Positions 37,842 to 50,628 of a stretch of DNA of 64,000 nucleotides are shown piece after piece. Position numbers and translations under genes: made by a program. The notes under the pieces were generated by a model. The model was not told the DNA's origin and did not search any database. It worked only from the letters and a program-made list of their open reading frames with translations. Within the stretch, counting starts at the first letter, position 1, and each line of letters opens with the position of its first letter. The stretch covers positions 186,001-250,000 of the forward strand of contig JASANG010002092.1 of the NCBI GenBank assembly GCA_030248215.1, given 5' to 3'. The stretch comes from Enoplolaimus lenunculus (Eukaryota).

Positions 37842-38447
37842 CAGGGATGAGCGATCTCGGTCTCGACACGCCTAGGGATATGGCTGGTCTCGGTCTCACT
37901 TTTGGTCAGTTTTGGTAGTTTGCGAACCGAGACCAAAAAGGTGAAAAAGAGTTAAGCAATTACAAAAATTTTCCTTTTATACTAGGTTTGGCCCGGACGT
38001 ACTTGTTCATTTATACAGCGATTTGAGAAACAGAATGACCCTTCCGGTTACCCAAAATTCTATCTATTTTTTTGAAAGAAAACCCAAAACACGATGATTT
38101 ATTGTGACAAATAGTTGCATTTTCGCGTGTAAAACATTTATGACATCGTTTAAAAATCATGGGTCATCCGCATTTATAACGTCTTGCTATGTTAAACAAT
38201 TTTCCAGTGTCCGGGAACAAAAACAACACTATAGCTGTGAATTAGGGATTGTACCGAGTGTGTTTTGAGACGGTGTGACTTGTTCCGAGACTGTTCGGAA
38301 GGGAACGGCGACAGCAGCCAAAAGAAAAATAAAGTAAAAAAATAAATTTTGGCTGCAATTTATTAGTTAATTGTATGAAGCGGCAATTCAAAGCAGATAA
38401 AAATTGGGTCTCGGTCTCGCTTTTTTGACCGAGATCGCTTATCCCTG
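37842..38447. mobile_element. MITE family B copy nested in a cluster of CAGGGT-type MITEs (about 37230-39222)
   Basis: The TIRs CAGGGATGAGCGATCTCGGTC and GACCGAGATCGCTTATCCCTG match at 20/21. Surrounding ends TAGGGTGCCACCGGATATC (about 37797) and GATATCCGGTTGCACCCTG (ending 38538) belong to a host MITE. Confidence 0.85.
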
Positions 38448-38652
38448 TACGGTAGATTTATACTGGATACCGAAACCGCATACGAATACCAGTTTTCGCC
38501 GGATATTAAACCGGAGCCGGATATCCGGTTGCACCCTGAAAGACTAGGGTGTAGCCAACCGGATACCAAAGAATACCGGAGCCGGATAATTCAATACCAG
38601 ACGGAGCCTGATAATAATTAATTCAAATCTAATAATAAACGGCATTCAGATT

Positions 38653-39016
38653 GTATAAACAGGTAGCAGTGCTCCACAATCGTTCGCTGTCTGCGCTGGT
38701 AGGCGAAATGCTCAAGTGCATCCGGGCCAAAGCTACGATCTAAGGAAAATTTTTGTGATTGCTTATGCTTATCGCTTTTTCACCTCTTTGATCTCGGTTT
38801 GCAAACCACCGAGACTGAAAAAGCGAGACCAAGACCGTCCATCCCTGGTACCGGATAGCGGATAATTACGGTTATGGTGCTAAATATTATAAAACTGTTT
38901 CTTCCAAGTGGGCGTCTTTAACGTCTTGCTGCGATTACATCGCTGGGCAAGTCAAGAAGGTAAAGTTTGTTTCTTTTTCAGCTAATTTTAATTTATGTAA
39001 GCGAGCGAGATTTAAA
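38653..39016 (-). repeat. Inverted near-identical copy of 33656-34013 (family B left end plus flank)
   Basis: The reverse complement of 33656 to about 33925 matches about 38740-39016 almost base for base, and more loosely beyond that. Confidence 0.9.
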
Positions 39017-41818
39017 CGCATTTTTGCATTATACTTTCAGCTTGTCAGCAGTAATTACGAACTTTTTAACAGACCAAAACCTTGAACGCAATGAAAATAC
39101 AGCGAAAAAATAAATTATTTTAACACTTGCACAATATCCGGTATTCGGTTCTTGTTCCGGTAAAAAATCAATATCCGTATTCGGTTCCGGTATCCGCTAA
39201 ATTAATATCCAGTCGCACCTTGGTCTTTACTACGAGTACGATCGTTTTCATGAAGCTTCGTTTGCTGGAATAGCCTTTGACGCTATTACCATAGTATAGG
39301 CCATCACTCTACCTTACCATAATGCTATTACATTTTTCTATTTCGGTACCCAGCAGCAGCCTGTAGGTTTCACGTTTCTGTAGCATCAAAGAGACGAGCT
39401 GGTTTGCGTAGGCGTTTTTTCAGTTTCATAAAGCCATCGGTGTATTGTTTGCCACACGGACTTTTGTGCTTTTAATGGCGTATTGCGTATAGTGCTTGTG
39501 CTTGCTGAATGGTGGCTGCAGAGTTTCATGATGTAGAGAGAGAATATAGTTTGCTGCCAGCGTGCTAGTAGGTATGCATGCAAGCATAAGCTGTGACTGG
39601 GCGAATTATAGAAATTTTTGAAAGGGGAAGGCACCACATGTAATAGTGGAACAAATTCGCGAGCGAGACGACAAGTGCTACCGTAATGCTAAACCTTTAT
39701 ATATAAAATCTTGGTTTTGATCCCCATTGTGAGGAGACCTAAGCGAGGATGGGATGGCCCGTTTGTGTCCACCCGTGAAGAGTGGCATTTTATTTTGCGC
39801 GCACAACGCCTGCGGTTTGAGCACATTTTATATGTGTGTGTCTGCATTGGTTTCATAAAAGTCGCCGACGGTTGCTGATTTACGTATGTGCGTTTGTGTG
39901 TTAACAGTTAAGTCAGTTTTTTAGTTCTATCCTATGTCAGAGGTTTATATAACTGGATGGAAAGGAAGGGGTTTATTGGAAAGATACGAAGAGTAGTTCC
40001 TTTTCCAAAATTTCTGAACAAACAAAATATACGTACCGTTAAGATGGTTTAGAATAACTTGGATTCCTAAACCTGTCAAAAATATTTCTTTCTCGCCATA
40101 TGCGCGCTCACAGAAAAACATTTACATAGGTTATCCATCTCGAAACAAAATTCTAGCTACTGCACTGGCGTACGTATGTATATTATATATAAATGTATGT
40201 TGAACATGATATATTCTATCGAATTCGCCTACACATCATGAGGCACACGAGCGATATTATGTATTTGCGCATTTGAATGTTTTTTCTTTTCGGCGGCGAC
40301 TTTTTTCTTTGCCCAAATGTTTTGCTGGCTGCTGGCTGATTAGTTCGTTCGAATATGTAAGAATGTTCGTTTCGTTTGCAGCAGTAAATTGTTATTTGTC
40401 ATTTCGGATTTGTTTTATTTTTATATAATCACTTCGATTAGGTAGGTGTGTGTTCACTGGCTGATTTTAAAATGCGTGTTCAATGTACGGTTAATGAGGA
40501 TGTATGGTGTTTTAATGCGTGAGGAAAGTCTTGCTACTTTTGACGTCAGTGGTGAATCGCGATAAGGTGCGGTGTCATGTAAAAAGTGTTTGGTTGTCAG
40601 TTTTGCCGGAACCGAAGTCGGATAGTTAATTTTTAACAATGGAACATAGCATTTAAATTTGCTCTATTGGTATCGTAGTTTGAGTTGCACAAGAGTACGT
40701 TTACTGATTTAAAATGAATTGGTAGCTTACATTTTTGATTTCACGTCACTTGCCCGGAAATGTTGAGTCGCAGCCAAAATGTCTCGTATCTCAAGATGTA
40801 CACAACAGTTTACAAATATCTTGTATTCTGTAGGTTTATATCGGATACTGAAACCGAAAACGGACGTCGGCTTTTTGTTGGATATTAAACTGGAACCGGA
40901 TATTGGATCACTTCCTGCTCTCCGAACAAGGCAACAGGGTCTCAAGGAAGCAAAACATGTGTTTGAAATATCAACGTTTTCAGAAAGCGCTGACTTAAGT
41001 GTGCAGTGAGGGGTAGTTTATAGGTCAGCCATCGGTTGTGATTTTTAGCTTCGAATTTTGCGGAACGAAAGGTTACGTGTTTGAAAAATCTTAGCTAATC
41101 CAACGCCGCTATGCTTAAAGAATAGCAAGTTTTTTTTGTGAAAGCGAAATGGTTTTGAATTTCGTTGGCATATCGGTGGTTTATACAGAACAGTATGCAT
41201 CAAGATGCGCACACAAACATGGTCTAAGGCGATTTTTTTACTTCTTTATGTACACAGGTGTACGTCTTTCGTGCTGCTTTATTACAGTTGCTTTGTTGCG
41301 CTTGAATAGTGTAATATTGTTATTTGTAAAAGCCAAAATAGGCTATTACGGTACAAAACGGGAGCATTAAGGTTTTAAAAAATTTCACGTTCATATTTTG
41401 ATAATTTATTTGTATTCCGAGTTTTCAATACCAATTCCAAATCTGTCGATATTTAGTGCAGAATTTGAAAGCGATCCCGAACTTGTGTTGTAATGTAACA
41501 ACTACGTATATACTTAGTGGTTCCCGAAAATAATCGGATTTTAAATTGTTTTGCATGTTTGAGCTTCTCATGACTCAGGATGGTGTCTCCTGACCTGCTG
41601 AAGGCACGTCTAAATTAGAATTTTTGAATAATTCAATTAAAATCATAAAGTCCATTTGGGACTTGGGACAGCTATTCGACAAAATAAATACCTATGTTCG
41701 ACTAGGGTTATTTCATAAATAATAGAGCAAAAAATAAGATTAAAATGAAATTTTTGGTGAAATGCATTTTTCACTTTCCGGTTCCGGTGAAATTTTCAAA
41801 TTCCGGTTCCGGTTTACC

Positions 41819-42008
41819 ATATATATATAACAAGCAAGTTTTACAAAAGTACAAATTGGATATGGAATGATCTATCTAAAAATGTTGCAAACGAGGTTAA
41901 ACATACAATATATATATTATATATATAACAAGCAAGTTTTACAAAAGTACAAATTGGGATATGGAATGATCTATCTAAAAATGTTGCAAACGAGGTTAAA
42001 CATACAAA
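41819..42008. repeat. Tandem duplication of a unit of about 98 bp bounded by TA runs
   Basis: TATATATAACAAGCAAGTTTTACAAAAGTACAAATTGG(G)ATATGG...GAGGTTAAACATACAA occurs twice. Confidence 0.9.
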
Positions 42009-44765
42009 AAACATCAAAATCCGACTACTTTTGGGCAAACGCCGGCTGCCTGGAATTGGGGGGTCTAAACGGAAAAGTCAAAAAAATTGTAAAAAGTTAC
42101 GAAAAAGCGTCAATTTGTACCTACTGCTTTGTTGTTTCGTTTAGTTTAAGTATTGCATCATTGCTAAAGCTCTTCGTTGTAAACGAGTTTTGTGTCGAGT
42201 ACAACGTAATATCTGCTCGTTTATTTTGTCGCTCAGTGTCATAACTGCGTGGGAGACAGTGTGTGAAAAAGTACGACGTATTTTTTTGTTCGAATTGTCT
42301 GTGCGAAGCATTGTTTTCTCTGTGCTGTGCTGTGTGGTACTACATAATTTTAAGTATTAAAATTTGGTTTTAAGTTTTCGCACGATACGCGTTGATCAAC
42401 TACTGTGAACAGCTCGCTAGCATTTGACATAAGAATTTTACGTCTACGTATGTTTAAAAAAATGATCTTCCGTGAGCTTAATCAGTAACAGTAAATGATG
42501 GGCAAGTGTACAACAGCCAAGATTAACTTTTAACATGTGAGGATCCAGGATTTTCAAATCGCAGGACTCAGTTGACCATCAAGCAAAACGCGCGGAGTTA
42601 GAGTTTTCAATTAGTTTTGCCACAATGTAGCCAGGATTTGTTCCGAAAGGGTATAATTTAATAAACAAAAGTTTGTTTGACCTCTAGGATCCGGACAGTT
42701 ATTCTAAACCTTGTTAGTGCTTTGAAATTTTGGGAAGCGATACATCACCTCTGTTCCTCCCCTTGTATGTATATGCTCCAGTGGACGGGGTCTAGGCAAT
42801 CACAAGTTACTATACAGGTTAAGTTTAGCGAATACAATTTTAAAGTTGGTGTGTCTGTATAAAAATTTAACCTTTGTGTGGGTTTGAAAGTGTCATTTGA
42901 TCGCTGGATCCCCAAAATCTGCCGTTGTCGTACATGTTAAACCATGAGAAAGCTTGCGAGCGATAAGCTTGACGTAATTTTTGCATTAAATTTCTTCATT
43001 ACAGTTGCTTAACATTTTTGGTTTATTGATTGCCGTTGAGGAGACTGCATCCACAGACGCCCTGGTTGCGTTAAATTTTTTTGCCAGTTTTAACAGAGAT
43101 TTCAAATGGCATTTTTAAATTTGAATAGCCATTTGTAGTTTTCGCCGATAAAACAATTTATAGGTAGTTATCGCTAATCGCGACGGATCCTTTCGGAGGG
43201 AATGATATTTTTATGTTATTTAAATTTTAGTTTTTAATGCATGTTATATATACAGATATTATATTTGAATATTTTAAAATATGCAAATTGCGCCGAAGCT
43301 CAAAATGTTAAGCTATTTTGGTTAGCAAACACATTATCTATTTTAACTGAACAATTAGTTCCGAGAAAAACTATGATAATCTCACGACAGGGCTTGTGAC
43401 ACGCGCATGAATCGTACGAAAATGCAATTGAACTAAGTAACTTTTGCAAACTCTCACGAAAAGGTTACAAATAATTGTAAATTTAAATCTCTTAGAATCA
43501 GCTAAGATTTCCGCCGGCACGACCAGTACAGTCGGCGTAGTAGGCCGCAGACATGTTTTTCTTGGCCGTTCCCACTTCTGTGGTGGCCCCATTTTGAATC
43601 ATTTAAGATATTGGGCAAAGTTGCGGAATAATGGCCTCAGGAATTTCTGCGCACGTAGGAATTTCATCAAAAGTGGTTGTTCTTAAACTAGCGGATCCAG
43701 AGGGGGGAGCGTACGCCCCCGGTCAGAAATTTGTGTGATAAAATGGTAAAGCCCTTCCGACCTCATCATTTTTCTCCTCTGATTTTTTTGTAAAAAATAC
43801 AATTTTTCTCTCTCTCGCAGAAGTTTTTGTGATAAAATGGCAAGGCGCTACCTGACAATTTTTCACTGCACATGGCATGTATAGCATACAGTAACAAAAT
43901 TGCGTTTCATAAGATTTGTCAGCCCGCCCGCCCCCGTCAGAAAATTCTGTATCCGCCTGTGGGTCTATCCGTTAAAATAGGATGTGCTGCGTTGGATGCT
44001 GCTGATATAAAGTTTCAGGGCTTTTGGTTCCATAATTATGGTCATACCGCTGTTTAATAAATTTCCCGTCAGTTTCATATTCCATACCTATGCCATTATT
44101 TATTTGAATCTTGTGTAAGCTGTTTTTGAACTGAGCGCGTTTTGTTCGTCGAATTGAAGTATACTTTGTCGGTGAAACATAATCATTTATGCAATTGTGT
44201 AGGTGACGTAGGTGTATTCAGTCGCGTTTTTATAAACTGTGACGCTTAAAATAGTTGTACGTAACGTACTGTGGGTCATTATTGCATAATTTGTACTGGG
44301 ACTTAGTAAAGTAGCAAACAACATTATGGTCAATGTTATTTTTAGGGGCGTAACATTAGACTGAGGGTATTCCTTAGCCTAAGCCTTGCAAAAATGTGTT
44401 CCTAAGTCTAAGCCTAAGCATAAGCAAAAAACTGTAATCTAGAATCTAAGCCCACTCTTACAGACCCTCTAGAAGCCTGGACGCCCCTTAAAGTAACTGG
44501 CTCATTATTGCATATTTTGTACTGGAACTTAGTATACTAGCAAAGAACATTATCAAAATAGCGTATGTATTTGGTGTAATCCACAATGTAACATTCGTCA
44601 TATACATTATATGATGTTAAAAGGCAGTAGCTGGCGTGGGCTTAAGCTTCAGAGCTTCCCTTGTGAGTTTTGGTTAGGGGTTTTAAGAACTTTCTGAACG
44701 GTAGCACGAGAGGCCCCCCCTTGGAATTTTTATGTACTGCACCCTCCGCCTTTTTATAATCCTTG

Positions 44766-44926
44766 CAGGCCCGTAGCCAAGGGGAGCCGGGGGGGCTCAG
44801 TCCCCCTGAAAAAATTTTGGCCCTCTAGAGAATTATCAACATTGCTTGTAACTCATTGAAACCCCTTGAATGCCCCTCCTGGAAAAATTTCAGCCCCATT
44901 AGCAAGGTGAGCAGGTTACGGACCTG
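44766..44926. mobile_element. Short MITE (CAGGCCCGTAGCC...GGTTACGGACCTG) nested in a related MITE
   Basis: It has imperfect TIRs, and the flanks AATCCTTG and GATCCTGG match at 6/8. Similar GC-rich short elements lie near 26930, 35880, 43690, 47645 and 58577. Confidence 0.65.
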
Positions 44927-45677
44927 GATCCTGGCTACGGCAAGCCTTCGTATTATTTTGTCTAAATTCTACAAGCACAAAATATGCAACAGTTTTTACT
45001 TGGCTTGTTGGTGTGTTTCAGTATAAGCTTTCAGATATCCGGTTTTTCAGTGCTTCTTTGTTTTGCTTTATTTGTGAGCTGTGTATTTCTGTTATACACG
45101 TGGTTTCGTGAAAGATTGTACGTTGCTGTGGATTTGGTTGTCGTGTTTGTCTTTGTTGCCTGATAAGTTGTGCCTTTAGCCTATGACGCCTACAGTGTTG
45201 ACACGTGCGACCGGGTACGCCGTTACGTGTTCACGCCCGTAGTCAGCTCTGCATGATCGGGGCTAAAATATTTTCATGAGGGGCATGTCCGGATTGTTAT
45301 GATGGCCCAAACGCGACAATTGTCCAAATATGACAATTAATTTCAGATGAATACTTTCTATTTTCAAGTACAGTCTCAAGCTAAATTTCGAACCTCGGAT
45401 TTTGGGCGGTAGGTATTTTTACTATTACTCCTTGTCTGTAGTGATTTACTGGGTTGGATTCACGAATAAAACAGTTATAATGTCTGAATATCTGTTTCGA
45501 ATTAAAATCGACGTCTGTTTCTATTATGTGAATACCTGGGCTCTCCCTTGTTGGGGTTGGTGGTGGGAGTTGGGCCGCCACACGCACTACGTTGTCAAGT
45601 CTCCTCTTTTGGTTTTTCCTAAGGTTGATACCCCACATTTTTAACAGCGGTTGGCATCATATAGTATGTATGTAATT

Positions 45678-46016
45678 CAGGGTTCCAACAGGAACTCAAT
45701 TTTGCCGAAACAGGATCAGGAATTGAATGTTTATGCAGGAACCGTAACAGGAACAGGCATCTGACTTTGAAATAATTTTCATCACCGAATTACTGTAGAA
45801 TTTAATCATTAAGTTTTGCGAAAACACATCAGGAACAATTTAGTAACAGAATTTAACTGGGTACAAAAACACTTTGATTATGAATAATTTGTTTGCCACA
45901 ATACCGTAAAAATTCCGGTTCGTGCATCTTTGAATGCAGGAACTGGAACAGAACAGGAACAGGAATCGAATGTTTGCAGGAATTCCGGCCGGAACAGGAA
46001 ATCCGGTTGAACCCTG
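45678..46016. mobile_element. MITE family C (CAGGGTTCCAACAGGAAC...GGTTGAACCCTG)
   Basis: It has terminal inverted motifs and repeated CAGGAA subterminal motifs. An inverted homologue lies at 59008-59416 and an end fragment at about 32565-32639. Confidence 0.75.
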
Positions 46017-46293
46017 GTATGTATATATGTAATATAAACGTTAAATTTCGCATAACTAACTGAAAACCTAGATTGTAACTCGAATACGCCATTTCTGGAG
46101 GCGTTGTTTGTCAGCGAAAAATGCGTTAAATCGTGCTACCAAAGCAACAAAAAACCAAAATTTTACGTTGGGATTTCGCGCATTGGATACAAATAATGCG
46201 CCTGGATTCTCGCACGCCTTGTTCGCGAGGCCTCCTTCGCAGCTCTCTCATTTGTTTGGATTTTAACAATTATTTATAGTTTTTGTTCATGTA

Positions 46294-46683
46294 TATGTCG
46301 CAGGTCAACCTATGCTTTCAGGCCAATTGCCAAGTTGGCCTACCTAGAGACCAATCTACTATTTGATGTATTAGCAGTTTGGCCTTGGCCAAACGGTTAT
46401 TGAATTTATACACCAATCACATGTGATTACTTGGTCAGTACAGTTGTACCGTTGTTTGGCCTTGGCCAAACTGTTATTGAATTTATACACCAATCACATG
46501 TGATTACTTGGTCAGTACAGTTGTACCGTTAGCCAATCCGCGTTACTTTTAATCACTGCGTTTTGCTACCTCTTGCAATCGCCACGGTCTAGGACAAACA
46601 GCGGTTCTGTTAGAAAGAGCAGATAGGCATAGGCAGGCCAATTGGAAATTGGCCTGAATAGCAAATTGACCCACAACGTACAT
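46294..46683. mobile_element. TIR element rich in TTGGCCTAGGCCAA palindromes, with an internal 77-bp tandem duplication (46377-46530)
   Basis: The ends are TATGTCGCAGGTCAA...TTCAGGCCAATT and AATTGGCCTGAATAGCAAATTGACC...ACATA. A related copy at about 48280-48586 ends GGCCTACGACATA. Confidence 0.75.
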
Positions 46684-49600
46684 AATTGAATTATGTCACT
46701 TTTACATGTGATTACGTATGTTTATGGCATCATTATTCATTGAATTTACGGAGATAGCATACGCTTAGCAATGCAATTTTTCACTAATGCTCTGTATAGT
46801 GATGGTAGTTTGAAACTGTAGCGTTCAGCTTTTCGGCATGCTTGCTACTCGCATTGTTCCATTTTTAGACTTTTTAAATACTAATATGTTACATTTCTCA
46901 AAGGCCAGGTAGTCCGGATGTGGTATATATTATTGTTTAGTGACTTGCAATATGCAACGCTGGATGATAAAAAATGACCATAAGGGAGTTTAACCCTCCA
47001 CCATAAGGGCCTTCTACAAAGCGAGAACCGACAATGTAATGTTGAAACCCACCATTCGTTTTATATCATGTATATGGGGAGTTTTTGTTACGCACAAATA
47101 CGTAGTTCCGGTCCGGTTCGTGAGACTATTGTGACTTTTTGGCGGTAGTTCCTTATTATCAAGCAATCTCGCAATTAAAAGGTGAACTCTGCTTCTGGTA
47201 TATATTAGAGAATCTATTTGTGATAGATTTTCTGATCGTTCACTCCAATCATACAGTTGTGATCCTAAGGCGTTTGGCCAATAAGATTTTTGTCACTGGC
47301 AGATGGTTTTGGAAATTGTTGAGTTGTGAATCAAGGGTGTATGCAATATTTTATTTCAGGAAAGTGTAGCCTCGTGTGTAAATTCCTTTTCTTGCCTCTT
47401 CATGTCTTTGCTAAGGCGATTTATTCTCCGTGTATACACCCCTGTTTACAGCATTGTAGCGGGATTTTTGCTTGAAACTATTAGGGTACTTTTTTGTCAA
47501 TACTAAAATAAGTTGTGAAGACCGTAGGATGAAAAACATAGGGGCGCAATTAATGTATGTATTCTTACACAGTGTACTGTGAATTAACCAACTGCGCATA
47601 TGAACACAAAAGTATTATATTCCTACGCAACGTGACATACGTACATGGGCGTGCCAAGATTTAAGAAAGGGTGGTTATTGGTTACTTTTTTCTATTAAAA
47701 ATTTTCCAGGTCTTTTTTGTGTTATAAACGAAAAAATTATCTAAAACCGGTTTAAAAAGTGTCAGTCTGGTTTGACCCCTGAAACTCCCCATGGCTACCC
47801 GCTTGGTTGCATAGTACATAATGCATTTATGTACCTACGTACATATATAATGTTGTAAGATACTTAACGCCGTCGTGCTTTGCCGTTGTGAAACCGATGC
47901 TGACCTGATCGAATTTCATGTGGGTTTTCTATTTGGGAGCTGTTTTTTTCGTGCCGAATTTATTATTTTACCACTGAAGCACGTGCGTCAATGCAATATT
48001 AAGTTTTTATAGAATATATATTGCTAACTAGACTTAAAATATTGTGATGTAGGTGTGTTTAATTTTATTCACGCTATCGAATGCAGCATTTATTGAATTT
48101 TAAACGCTGCCAAACGCTCGTGATCTTGTGCATTTTCGAAAAACTTTCGATATTTTCGGATTTTGTTATTGGTTACAAATAGGCTGGTGCTTAAGCTTGT
48201 GGAAAGGGAGTCTACACCAGGGTGCGGGTTTATCGTTGAAAAAAAGTAAAGCTCCAATTCTAATATACAAAATTGGTAAGCACATTTTTGGCCTAGGCCA
48301 ATCCGCTATTTGCTCAGAATGACAGATTGGCTTAGGCCAATAGGTAATTGGTGTGGATAGCAGTTTGGCCTAGGCTAACTGCTATTAAGCTTATAGACCA
48401 ATCAGATTTGAATATTTGAACAAGCGCAGTAACGTTAAACCAGTCAGCGTTGGTTTTACATCACTGTTGCTTTGCTACATCTTACAATCGCTATTTGGCC
48501 TAGGCCAATGTGGCATTTGCTCAGAATAGCAGATTGGCCGAGGCGATGTGGTATTGGCATGAACAGAAGACTGGCCTACGACATATATACCTTAATCATT
48601 TTAATTATATAAGTGTAGACATAGAATAAAAATATTGCGTAATAGTGTCACACTGTGTCAGTCTGATTACTCTGATTATATGTTTTGCTCAAAAGCTACA
48701 CTTACATATGGTAATTAATATATTATAATGTTCTGGCAACGCCCATGTTTGTAATATATATTATACGTATGTACATGTAAATAAATTGGAACTATTGTAT
48801 TTTGAAAAATCTCATTGATAATTTTTGTCAACAAAGTAAAGTAGGTTTTGAGCCATGTACTACACAGTTTATAACGTAATATATTCGCTGAATTATTGTA
48901 TTTTTAATAAGTCATGTGTATATTTAGCTTCCGTTCGGTTTAGTTGTGGTCGTGCGGTGTTTTTATTAGTTTCTGACTATGTGTGTACTTTGGGCGTAGT
49001 TAACTCTTTAACGATATGATTGTATGGGTGCCAGGCGGTTGATTTGATATGTTGTGTGTGCCGTAGCCGAATTATGGTGATCTCTGGGTGTGACGTTTGC
49101 TTGTAAATATTGAATAAGGTTTTTGTGTACAAGAACTACAGAACAGAGTAGGATGACACCGAATTTATCATTTGACCGAATCCAAATGCATTGCTGATTT
49201 TGCGAATCTGAAATCGAACCTTTGCAGTTTGCAAATTTCGTTATACCGATAATTTGTTCAGAATACCAACGCAATACTAGCCGCATAAATTAAACGTTGA
49301 TAAATTTCGTGCCCGAAATTAAGGTTGTGCAGGCTTTTGAATAACCCGATCGCACATTTATGTTACAACTCCTCACTCGGTACGCTCGTCTGCAATAGCC
49401 TTTGCATGACGTTATACCCTACCAAACTTGCCGATATAAAAGTTTTTGAACACTAAAAACGAAACATCAATGATTGTTTCAGGGTTCGTTCGGGCACAAG
49501 TAAAATTGCAAGCCGGTTTCATCATTTCAATCTAACTGTCAGTGCTGCCACTACCGCCCCATTACATTCTCTAGATTGCGCCGGCATAACCGATGCGACA

Positions 49601-49892
49601 TACGAGTCAGCTTTAATTTTTTGTTGAGATAATACGAAATGTGCGTCGAACTCTCTCTCTCTCGGTTCATCTCTCTTGGTCCGTTCACGATCTTTAATTC
49701 AGTGGTCTCTGTTTTGATTCTTGGTTGCTTTGATTTTGTGTTCAGGATTCAACTTGCTAAAGCAAGGACAAATCGCCGTAACCGGCGACCGTATTCCTAC
49801 CGGACTGACACAAAAGCAAATTTAGTATTAAGATTTGTGGGGAAAAAATCCGTTTGTCGTGTGCTCGTTTGGAACGCAGGGGTTTTCTGTAT

Positions 49893-50095
49893 GGTATCAC
49901 GACAATTCGACAACCGACAACTCGTCAACCGATAACTTTTGATCCGCAATTTCATCGACTCGACAATTCGTCGCACATCGTTACACTTAGGCTTAGGTTT
50001 AGGCATAGGATTACGCTTAAGATTATGGTTAAATTGATTAATAGACTCAAGGATAGTGTTGGACGACAAGTTATCGCACGACGAATTGTAGATTC
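49893..50095. mobile_element. MITE with CGACAATTCGTCG motifs and degenerate TTAGGC hexamers
   Basis: CGACAA(T/C)TCG repeats sit on the left, CGACGAATTGT on the right and TTAGGCTTAGGTTTAGGCATAGG in the middle. A related copy lies at about 50765-50907. Confidence 0.65.
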
Positions 50096-50512
50096 TTTCT
50101 GTATACAGGGAAAAGAATGTTTGGTCCCATTGCTAATCGCGGTACACTACGATGCGTAAAAACGAGTTCAAAATCAGCTGTGTTAGCGTGTGCTTATTAG
50201 CGTAAATTGGAAGTACCATTTCGTTTTCAGACTTTGTTTTGATGTCGGTAGTCGTACAATTTTATAATTTTTACTGATACATGTGCGCTTGTTTGTTTTC
50301 TACAGTGATAAGACAGACAATTCAACTGATTTTGAGTTTGTGTTTTATGTGGCTTTATCTAAGAGTATTGTTGTTGTGGTTCGCAGATACGATGTGATGT
50401 TTGGATTTTTTGTCTCACAAAGCGCGCCGTGTATGGTTTGGTTTTGATTAGATTTTTTCGATTTCTACTAATCGAACTATGTAGGCGATAGCAACTGTCG
50501 TTAAGGAATTTT

Positions 50513-50628
50513 AATATATATATGTATAGATATATACAATATATACTGTATATGTATATATACAATATATATAATATATGTATATATATATATTTATATG
50601 CAATATAATATATATATACGTATATATA
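50513..50628. repeat. Imperfect (AT)n microsatellite
   Basis: The TA dinucleotide run with interruptions is directly visible. Confidence 0.9.
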
